The position numbers were made by a program, and so were the translations under genes. A DNA stretch of 63,463 bases, the filler included, from Reclinomonas americana ATCC 50394 (Eukaryota): assembly GCA_048213135.1 (NCBI GenBank). It is 6 parts of 2 records of this genome, joined end to end, with 100 filler letters (N's around TTAATTAATTAA, not from the genome) between each part and the next. Parts side by side here need not be neighbours in the genome. Positions count along the whole stretch, not along the records: positions 1 to 18,446 come from PS015253.1; 5 more parts are not named here. One strand, written 5' to 3'. Under the pieces are notes generated by a model. It searched no databases. It had not been told where the DNA came from and saw only the letters and a program-made list of their open reading frames with translations. Positions 1 through 10,701 of this stretch are shown one piece after another. Position 1 is the stretch's first letter. Each line of letters begins with the position of its first letter.

Positions 1-60
1 CCCGTTACCCGTACCGTACCGTACCGTCTACGTCGTCGCGCGTGGGCGCGCGCGCGCGTA

Positions 61-194
<134 letters not shown>

Positions 195-197
195 CGT

Positions 198-3100
198 ATG
201 GTTTACCGTCTGTCTCGCAGAGCTCGTAAGCGTGTGGCATTGCTCATCGGTAATTCTTGCGATGGCAAGGGAGCGTACGAGTTGCTGAGGAACCCACCGA
301 ATGATGTGGGTACGTGTGCACATACATAGCCGCGCGTCTGCCGTTCACCGTCGGGTTCAATCTCTTCTCTCGCACACGCATCCGCAGACCTGTTGCAACC
401 AGTTCTTGTGGACTGCGGCTTCCACGTTTGCTCGCCTGTCGATGTGAGGGGCGATGACATGCACTCCGTGGTAAATGGATTTGTGGGCGAGTTTGTAAAT
501 GAGGAGTGCGAATGCGTCTTGCTGTTCTTTTCTGGTCACGGTCTCGCGGTTGACGGAGACCTGCTTCTCCTCCCGAGTGATGCCAACAGCATTTCCAATT
601 CACGCGTGGTGAGTTTTTTCAGTAGCTGGACTTTCTTGCTGCTGAGCAGTTGTTGACAAGCTCAATCGCAGACGAGTGGCGATAAATCACTGGCGCTTCT
701 CGGGTACTGCATGCCGCAACTGTGTAGCAATCGGTCAGAGCACACGGTTGTGATTATGTTGGCGAACTGTTGCCGCTCTGTCAACAGGTGCGCATTGATT
801 CAGAGAAGCACCACCTTGCAGTGTTAATTAACGCAGTCTTTGCGCGCTCGATCACAGCACTGTTCGCTCAATCTCGAGAGGCAATCTGAAGGAGAATGTG
901 TTCGTCGGCTTTGCGTGCGACCACGACTGGAAAGCGCACGAGGGCAGTGAGTACGCGAAGATCGACTGCATTTGTCGACTGCTGGTGCTAATTTTTCCTG
1001 CTGTATTAGCATTTGCATCGCCGTATGTGCGGGCGCTTGTGCACGCCATTCAGGAGCATGGGCATTTACCGCTGCCGGTGTGGCACGACAAAGTTAATTA
1101 TCGGTTAAGAGATCTTCGACAACAATCTTTTGAACAAGAGTCTGATCATCACCAGCGCCTACGGGAGAAGGAACTGGATGAGTTTCGATTAAGTTTGCGA
1201 CCAGGTAAGCAACAACGTGACCAAGCTATTTGTCTTGAGTGGCGTTGCTTTTGTTTGCGCAAAATGCGCCATTAGTTTGTTGGATGTGATGCTTCTGTCT
1301 GCGAACTTTCAATGTGTACTGTGTGATCACTTGCTTGCGGTGGCGAAGGCAGCTAACTCTCTTACGTTGTAGGTGTACACAAGTTGTGCATTCGGGAGCT
1401 GGCGTTCTACCAGCAAGATGAGAGCGTGCGCAAGGACATGCAGATGTATGTACCACTGTTGTGCTCTCGTGAGCGTGACATCTCGTCGAGAGACAAGATG
1501 ACGGATCTGCTGACGGAGGCGTATGCCTTCCTGTCTGACACGAATACCAGTCACCGTGTGCTGGTGCTCTTCGGCAACAGTGGAGCCGGCAAGACCACCA
1601 CCATGTCAGTGTTGGCTGAACGAGCATGGCGACAATGGCAGACGAGAGAGAGCAGACGAGTGCCTGTGCGTGTTCCTCTTGGTGCGCTGCGCAATGCCGA
1701 TGAGCGACTGTTGGAAGAGGCGCTGGAGCGACTGTCACCCGAGTTGGGATTCAGTGAGTCGGATGTGCGACGGTTGAAGGAGGAACCACTACTGTTGTTG
1801 CTTGACGGGTACGATGAGTTGTACCGTGGTGTGAATCTGTTTGGCAAGAACCAGTTGGATGCATCAGTGTGTCGCGATGTTAAGGTGATAATCACCTGTC
1901 GCGGCGACTACGCTCTGACGGCACTGGGTGGCGTGACGGAGTATCAGCGGTTCTTTGCTCCAGTTGATGCGCGAGGACAGTTGTGCGCTGAGCAGCTGAT
2001 GGAGCGACACATCGCACCGTTCGACAAGGTGCAGATTAAGGAGTACTTTGGGCGGCTGGTGCAAGTGGGTGGTGAAGATGACGACGGTGAAGTGCGATGG
2101 TCAACTGCCAAAGAGTACATGGATGCACTGAAGATTGTGCAAGGACTGGATGCACTGGTGTCGAATCCATTCCTGCTGGCAGTTGTGGCTCGTGTGTTGC
2201 CGCAGTTGGTGACGAGTGGTGTGCAGCGACCGACTCGGTGTGATGTGTTTGATCGATTCATTCGACAGTGGATTGTGAGAGAGCGGGAGAAGAAGACGCG
2301 TCTCGGTGCGGAGCGTGTGCCGACTGAGAAGACGTGTCTCGCGTTCTGCGAGGGACTGGCACGGCTGATGCATGAGAGGAATATGGTGCGTGTGTCTGTG
2401 ACGGAGGGTCAGTCAGGTTATGACGGTGGAGGGGACGAGGATGAATTTGGTGGTGCGCCACTCGCCTTGCGACGAATGGAAGACGAACCATTTGACAAGT
2501 TCCTCGGTCACAAGAATCAGTATGTGCGAGTGTGCTGTCCGATTGTGCGACGGTATGCGACGACGCAGTGGGGATTTGTACATCTGTCGTTGCTTGAGCA
2601 CTGTGTGGCACGGCATGTGTTTGCATGGGAGACGTGGGATGAAGAGAGGAGATTGACGATGGAAGATGTGCAGCAGCATGTGCTGGCAGTACGACTGCTG
2701 AATGATCGACCGTCGTTGGTGGGGCAGATGGCCGAAGTGGTGCGACGGTCTCCTCGACTGCAAGCAAAACTGTGGGAGGTGATTGAGTTGTCGCGAGAGG
2801 CGGATGAGGAGCGATTGGTGACAGCGTCGGCGAATGCAGCAACGGTGTTGTGTGTGGCACAAGTGTCGTTCAGTGGGCGCGACCTGTCGGGCGTGAGAGT
2901 GAGACGTGCAGATTTGAGGAATGCGGTAATGCACAAGACGGTGTGGAGGGGAGCGGATATGCGAGGGGTGAATGTGTGCATGGCGTATGCGAGGGAGGCG
3001 GATTTCAGAGGGGCTGATGTGACGGATGTGAAGTGGCCGAGGAGGCCGATGGAGGGGCACATTGACAAGATGACGGGAGTTGCCATTACCCCAGATGGTC

Positions 3101-5748
3101 AGCACGTTGTGAGTGGTGGTTGGGACGGAACATTAAGAGTGTGGTCCCTTGCGAGCGGAACCGAAGTGCGTCGATTGGAGGGACACACGGATGTGGTGCG
3201 ATCTGTTGCCGTCACTCCCGATGGTCAGTGCATCGTGAGTGGCAGTTGGGACAACACTGTGCTAATTTGGTCACTGTCGAGTGGAGAGGAAGTGCGACGA
3301 TTGGAGGGACACACGAGTGCGGTTCTTGCAGTGGCAGTGACACCTGATGGGCAGCACATCGTAAGTGGTAGTGAGGACACGACAGTGCGCGTGTGGTCTG
3401 CGACGAGTGGAGAAGAAGTGCGGCGATTGGAGGGACACACTTCATGGGTGTCGTCCGTCGCCGTCAGTTCCGATGGTCAGCACATCGTAAGTGGAAGTGA
3501 TGACGAGACAGTACGAGTGTGGTCACTCGCGAGTGGAGCGGAAGTGCGACGGTTGGTGGGGCACATTCGAGCGGTGACCTCTGTCGCCATCACTCGTGAT
3601 GGTCAGCACATTGTAAGTGGGAGTGAGGACTGGACTGTACGGGTGTGGTCTGTGGTGAGCAGAGAAGTGCATTGCTTTGACTCTCAAGGTGGTGCTGTAC
3701 ACTCTGTCGCCATTTCTGCGAATGGTGAGTACATTGTGTGTGGGTGCCTAGACGGCACCCTTCGAATGCTTTCGTTTGCAAGTGGAAAGGAAGTGCACAG
3801 ATTCAAGAGACATGAACGCAAAGAAGAGTTTGGATTCGCTGATATCGCGATCGGCGAAGAATTCTCTGTGGCTATCACTCCCGATGGCCAGCAAGTAGTG
3901 AGTGGGAGCGGGGACGGCAGGGTGAAAGTGTGGGCAGTAGAAGGTGGAGAGGAAGTGCTACGGCTGGAGGGGCACGGCAGAGGGGTGTTTTCTGTCGTCA
4001 TCACTCCCGATGGTCAGCACATTATCAGCGGTAGTGACGATAGAACGGTGCGGTTGTGGTCTGAGGCAAATGGTGACGAAGTTCGACGGTTGGAGGGGCA
4101 TGCTGGTTCCGTGTATTCTGTCGCTGTCACTCTCGATGGTCAGTACATTTTGACTGGAAGTGAGGATCATACGGTGCGAGTGTGGTTACTGACAAGTGGG
4201 AAAGAGATGCGGCGACTGGAAGGACACGTTGGCAAGGTGCGGGCTGTTGCCGTCACTCCCGATGGCCAGCATATTGTAAGTGGGAGTGAAGACATGACAG
4301 TGCGAGTGTGGTCACTGGAAAGAGGAGAAGAAGTGCGACGGATGGCGGGACACACCAAGACGGTGCTGTCTGTCGCCATTACTCCCAATGGCCAGCATGT
4401 TGTGAGTGGAAGCAAAGACATGACAGTGCGAGTTTGGTCACTGGCTAGTGGGGAAGAAGTGCGACGGATGGCGGGACACACCAAGACGGTGCTGTCTGTC
4501 GCCATTACTCCCAATGGCCAGCATGTTGTGAGTGGAAGCAAAGACATGACAGTGCGAGTTTGGTCACTGGCTAGTGGGGAAGAAGTGAGGCAGTTCACAG
4601 GACACACTGACGCAGTGCAGTCAGTTGCCGTCACTCCCGATGGTCAGCACGTTGTGAGCGGTAGCGACGACAAGACAGTGCGTATGTTATGTCTGGTGTG
4701 TGGTGTAGAAGTGCAACGGGTAGCGGGACACTCTGGCGCGGTGTCGTCTGTCATCGTCGCCCCTAATGGTCGGCGCATCGTCACAGGGAGTCAAGACACG
4801 ACGGTGCGAGTGTTCTATATGAACGAAGTGCAGAGATTGCTTGGGCACAGAAGCAAGGTCCAGTGTGCAGCAGTGTCTTCTGATGATCAGCTTCTTGTGA
4901 GTGGGAGTCGCGACAAGACGGTGCGCATATGGTCTGTTGCAGCTGGAGTGGAAGTAAAACGGTTTGCCGGACATACTGGGTGGGTGATGTCGGTTGCCGT
5001 CACTCTCGACGGCCAGTATGTTGTGAGTGGCAGCTTTGACATGACAGCTCGAGTATGGTCGGTTGTTAGTGGAAAAGAAGTGCGGCGGTTGTTGGGACAC
5101 TCTGGGGCGGTTCTGTCGGTTGCCGTCACTCTCGACGGCCAGTATGTAGTGACTGGCAGTTTCGACAACACAGTGCGAGTGTGGACTTTGGCAAGTGGCG
5201 AAGAAGTGCGACGTTTGGAGGGGCACACTTACGGTGTGCCGTCTGTTGCCGTCACTCCCGATGGTCAACACATTGTAAGCAGTAGTTACGACAACACAGT
5301 GCGTGTGTGGGCACTACCGACGGGAGAACAATTACGACAGTTCGTTTCCGAAACTGATTGCTGGTTCACATCAATGTCCATCACAGACGATGGTGCGAGT
5401 GTTGTTGCAGTCATGGAAGATCACAGCGTGAGCATGTGGTCGCTTCGTGACGGCATTGAGAAGCGATGGAATCCTGGAAATAAGTTGCTTTCATCCGCGC
5501 GATCCTGCAACTTTGGCATTCATACATGTGGCGACGCAGTTGTCGTGGTTCCCCGCAATCAACGTGGAGAGCTGCTCGAGCGCATCTTCGGGTCGTTCTT
5601 GGCAGACTATACCGACGCATTGGGGACGGACGAGTGGGTACCCGGGTGGTCAGTAATTGAACCCTTCGGAGAAGACCGACTGCGAACCTCTGTGAGACCG
5701 TCACGTGAACCTCATTTATTCAGGAGCGCCTTCAATGTCTTGCGGTGA
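198..5748 (+). CDS. Caspase-like (peptidase C14)-NACHT-pentapeptide-WD40 STAND/NLR-like protein, ~1702 aa, 6 exons (198-309, 388-608, 672-787, 858-946, 1010-1204, 1373-5748)
   Basis: All five introns are GT..AG and phase-compatible; the exons sum to 5109 nt with no internal stop. C14 motifs: KRVALLIGNS..LRNPPNDV, LFFSGHG (His 537-539), LLLLPSD, IMLANCCR (Cys 771-773), SPYVRAL. NACHT motifs: Walker A GNSGAGKT (1573-1596), Walker B LLLLDGYDE, VIITCR, SNPFLL, FVHLSLLE. Then pentapeptide repeats (RDLSG/ADLRN/ADMRG/ADFRG) and ~19 WD40 repeats from 3049. An additional exon upstream of 198 cannot be excluded. Confidence 0.88.
4327..4587 (+). repeat. Two identical 126-bp WD40-encoding units in tandem
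   Basis: 4327-4452 and 4453-4578 read identical by eye (EEVRRMAGHTKTVLSVAITPNGQHVVSGSKDMTVRVWSLASG). Confidence 0.9.
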
Positions 5749-6378
5749 CGGCGCCCGTACAGCTACATCAGCTGGCGAAGGACTCTTTTCGTCAAGTTCA
5801 TCCCACTTGCTGCGAAAGGAAACGGAGAGGAAGAGAGAGTCAATGAACCAAGAAGCTGCAGACTAGAAAACAAAGAAATGACATCCAGAAGTTGCTGATA
5901 CGTACACATAAACATTCACTCTCACACACACTCACACCCACCCACACACGCACGCGCGCGCAAACAACGAGACTGCATACCTATCCAAGTAAAGACCAAG
6001 CGTTCCTGCGTGCACGCGCACACAGTGAGTGCATTTGTCTCTCTCTCCCTCTTCCTCCTTCCTCTCCCTCCCTCCCTCTCCTCTCCCCCCTCCCTTCATC
6101 CGCGATGCTCACCTCCGATGATTCCCGTGATTCCTGCATGCATACACATGCATCAGTTGTCTCTCTCTCACACACACGCACCCCCACGCACACCTCCCCC
6201 ATCACTCACCCAACGCCAGTCGCGCCTGCTTGCTCAACGAGAGATACCACTTGGCAACGCCCGACATTCTCCCTCCTCTCACTCAACAACACAAGCAAAT
6301 GAAAATGCGACAACTCTGTGACAGGATTTGTTCGACGAAGTTCACTCGGCCTCATCCACCCCCTCTCTCCCTCTCTAT

Positions 6379-9300
6379 CTATGCACTGCGGAACAGCTCG
6401 CGGAACTGCGGATACTGCTGCTCAATCGCATCAATCGTCTTCCGGATGTTCTCGAGCTTGGCATTCGGTACCTCCTTGGCCAGATCTGCACCCGCGCTGC
6501 TGAGCNNNNNNNNNNNNNNNNNNNNNNNNNNNNNNNNNNNNNNNNNNNNNNNNNNNNNNNNNNNNNNNNNNNNNNNNNNNNNNNNNNNNNNNNNNNNNNN
6601 NNNNNNNNNNNNNNNNNNNNNNNNNNNNNNNNNNNNNNNNNNNNNNNNNNNNNNNNNNNNNNNNNNNNNNNNNNNNNNNNNNNNNNNNNNNNNNNNNNNN
6701 NNNNNNNNNNNNNNNNNNNNNNNNNNNNNNNNNNNNNNNNNNNNNNNNNNNNNNNNNNNNNNNNNNNNNNNNNNNNNNNNNNNNNNNNNNNNNNNNNNNN
6801 NNNNNNNNNNNNNNNNNNNNNNNNNNNNNNNNNNGGAAGAGCGAAGGGGAAAGCAAGAGGGGGAGAGCGACAGGGGGAGAGCGAGAGGGGGAGACGAGTG
6901 GGGGAGCAGCGAGTGGGGGAGAGCGAGAGGGGGGTGCGAGAGGGGGAGAGCGAGAGAGAGGAGGGAGCAGCGAGAGGAGAAAGCGAGAGAGGAAGCCACA
7001 AGAATAAGAATCGTCTCTTCTCCATCATCACTATCACTCCTCATCAATTAACGCAACCCCAAAGCAATCGGCCGCTCGCTGTCACTGGCGTTGATGCGCT
7101 CAATCGACTTGAAGACCTCCTCCGCGGCGCGAATCAGGTATTGCGGCAGGCGCATCTTGGCACTGAAACGAGACTGCAATCCCAGAGTCGGCATCTGTTG
7201 CCAAGGGACACAAGTTGCTGATTGCACGCACCACATAGGATTCCGTGGCCAGCGAATCCGCAATCTTCGCGGGTCCAGTCTCCACCGCCTCGGGGGCGCC
7301 CGGCACGTCGTCGTCCTTCATCGCCGCTCGCACCTTGGTCAGCACTTGCGAGAAATCGCGCTTCTCAATGTTGGACAGGGCGCACATTTCTGTGACGCAA
7401 ACGGGTAAGGGGAAGGGGGCTAACTGATCCTGGTGCTCGTTCGTCTTCTGCTCACCCCCCCTTCTCGTCTTTCCTCCTGTGCACATTCTCCGTTCTTCTT
7501 CTCAATCCCTCTTCTCGTCATGCACATGTTCTCACAACTGCTATCATTATCAACTTGCGTGTCTTCTTCGCCTTCTTCTGCATCTGTAATTGTTGCTCAT
7601 CAATATCATCTTCTTCGCTTTCTTCTCCTGTAAATATTCTCCCTCTTGCCTAATCATCTTGTTCTTCGTCTTCTTCGCTTCTTCCTCCTGTGCATCTGCA
7701 TGTCGTGCATGATTATCTTCTCAGTCTCTCACCTTCCTCCTGCATATGTTCACCTTATTGCTCATCGTCATCATTCTCTTAGCCTTCCTTTTTCTTCTCA
7801 TTCATGCTGTACATCATCATCGTTTCAATCTCTCGCCTTCCTCCTACGCATATTCACCTTCTTGCTCATCGTCATCTTCTTCGCCTTCTTCGACCTTCTT
7901 TCTTCTCTTTCATTCAGTACACCGTCAGCTTGTTCAACAATATCTTCGCCTTCTTCTGAAGGTCCTCCTCTGGCTTATCACCACCCCCTTCTCCATCATC
8001 GTCGCCCTTCTTCTGCATATGCTCTCCGTGCTCTCCATCTTCTCCGCTCTTCCTCCTTTCTGTACATTGCCATCTTGTTCATCATCACCCCGCTCATCTT
8101 CCTTCTCCCATTCTTCTTTCTCTTCCCCTTTCTCCCCTCTTCTCCCCCCACACACACGCACCCTTGATCGACCGCGTGACATTGTGCTTCCTGCACGCCA
8201 ACATCAGCAGCGTGGACACAATTGGCTTCAGCTGTCGCCTCTTGGCCTTGTCGGGCATGTTGAGGTTGATGAACTTGTCCAGCGCCTCCGCCTGCATGCA
8301 CAGATGAGGACACGAGCACACGCATGCACTCAAAGAAACTCAATTAAGCAGGCACACAGGCGCGCACACACAAATATCTACAGACGCCGCTATATCCACA
8401 TTTGTGCTTTCCAAACGGAACGAGTCCACGCGCACGCAAAACAACGTGCGCACACTCAATTAGAGACCTTGCGCGCAACTCACAACCTCCTCATCGATCT
8501 TCTCTTCTCTCAATACAAAGTCTCTCTCTTCGACTCACTACAGACTCTTTCTCTTCATCCCCATGTTCCTCTTCATCCCCATGCCCCTCCACGAACCCGC
8601 ACTGCATGGCGATGGAATAAGTCAGCAACACGCCCTCTCAAACAGGGACGACTTCTGCGTGCGCACCTTGCTGAGAAAACGATCCACGCTCCGCCACCGC
8701 ATTGATCTCCGACTCGGCATCCATGCGCAGCTTGTCCAGTTTGTTTCTCTGCGACGCATGATGAGCAAATAGCCTTCTCCTCCTCTCCCTCTCATCAACC
8801 CCACCGTGTTCTTCATCTGCGCGCGCGCCAACGCCGTCTTTGGTCCTCCCGTGATGCCGGTCGACAGGTCCTCCGGGTGCAGCGAGTCGGTGGCAGCCTG
8901 TGCACAAGAGATGTGAGATAGAAGCAGGATTCGACAGGGGAGCGGAATGGTACGCAACTCCCACACGACTCCTGTCTTCCTCCTCGTCAAAATTGCGCCA
9001 CTCTGGCCGCTCGTCAATCAGCGTGAAGGGTTGCACGGTGCCGCAGCGCAGGCACACGCTGTCGCCGTCCGATGCGCCTGCATGGTGGGGAGGGGGAAGG
9101 GAGAGGAGCGAGTGAGTCGAGTTGTCTGAGGGAGCGCTGTACACGCTCTCGCTCTGTGCGGATGCGTCAGTGCAGCTGTCACCAATGCATCGTGTATAGG
9201 ACTCTCAAGAGAGAGAGAGAATGGTGGGGAAGGGAGGCGAGACACCGCTTGTGAAGTGTGCAGCGAGTGAGTGCGAGTGAGACAAGTGCAGGCCATCAAG

Positions 9301-9703
9301 ATGTGCATCTTGGATTGACTTCATGAAAGGAAGAGAGATGTGAATAAGACAAGTGCAGGCCATCAAGAAGTGCATCTTGGATTGGATTCATGGAAGGGAG
9401 GGAGAGAGAGAGGGAGGGGGGGGGAGGGAGGGAGAGAAGGATGAGAAGAGAGGCTCAGTGACGTGTGCATCGAGTGATGTGTTTGCGAGACACGTGCAGA
9501 TCACCAGGACGTGCATGTGGGCTTGGACTCATGAAAGGATGAGAAGGAAGGAACGCTGAAAGAGAGAGAGAGAGCGAGAGGAAAGGAGTGTGCACATCCA
9601 GCACTTGTCTCACTCACACTCACTCGATGCAAACGTCACTCGAGGTGTCTCGCTCCCTCCTTTCTCTCTCTCTCTCNNNNNNNNNNNNNNNNNNNNCCTC
9701 CTC

Positions 9704-9786
<83 letters not shown>

Positions 9787-10040
9787 GCACACGTCACTGC
9801 AGACGTCTCGCCTTCCTTCTCTCTCCCTTCCCCCTTTACCCCTTTACCCCTTCCCCCTCTCCCTTCCCCCTTTTGCCTCGTTCCGCAACGTTCATCAAAC
9901 TCCGTGTACCCACACAACGTACACCTCTCCTCTCTCAACAACTCCAACTCATGATCCACACCCGCCGTCGCCGCAGCACCACCCGCCCGCGCAGGCGCTC
10001 TCATCGCCGGAGGACCCATTGACGAAGAAGAAGAGGCCAT
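6379..10040 (-). CDS. Transcription initiation factor IIB-family protein (multi-exon, one internal gap)
   Basis: Spliced zinc ribbon CTLCGYTEFDER/ASDGDSVCLRCG (intron 9889-9078), B-reader IDERPEWRNF..DRSRVG, cyclin-fold LLMLACRKHNVTRSIKEMC, second repeat SRFSAKMRLP. Stop at 6379 after RELFRSA. Confidence 0.8.
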
Positions 10041-10701
10041 TCTCAGCTCTCTCACACAACAACTTGCAATGTCAAACACGAATGGGACACATGCACAGGT
10101 AGTTTGACGTCACACTCTCTCTCCTCGAACACCCCCGTCAAACACCTATAATCACCTGTTCCCCTTTGTGCACTTGCTGCCTTTGCAGCTTGCATTTCTT
10201 GCGCAAGAGCGTAGTCCGATATCCTCGACGTTCGACGTACGCGTCGAGTCATAATCAGCGCGCTCAATAAAACATCGCCCAGTTGCATTATCAACAAACA
10301 AAACACTTCATTACCACATGCGACACATGTCCGCAAATCCCTTGCTGGCAATGACCTGGGCACTCCAACAAAACAAAACACTTCGAATTCTTTCAGTCCA
10401 AAAATCCCTTGCATTGCCAACGATGACCAAGGCACCAACTACCATTGTCTTCTCCAAACAGCCATCTTCCCTTAAGCTTCCAGGACGCACAAGCAATCGC
10501 GTGCTGGCTGGTGTGGTCCAGGACGTCGACTTCGAATATTAATTCATGCCGCAAAATGATTCAGCCACAAAACACACAACCTCTTCTCCAACAGCCATCT
10601 TTCCTTTCAGCAGACATATGTATATGTAAAGGCTTTGCACAACCAGCCCATTCTTCTCTCTTGTCCTTCTCCTGCATGTCCTCCCTTCTCCCTTCTCCCG
10701 G

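Noticed and set aside
1-60. GTACC/GTAC repeats at contig ends (also 40145-40220, 54907-54927) as telomere-like repeats
   Set aside because: Irregular and found only at contig edges; more consistent with low-quality read ends (e.g. TACG pyrosequencing flow noise).
1226-5704. Many antisense and alternate-frame ORFs over the NACHT-WD40 exon
   Set aside because: Shadow ORFs of a GC-rich repetitive coding region.
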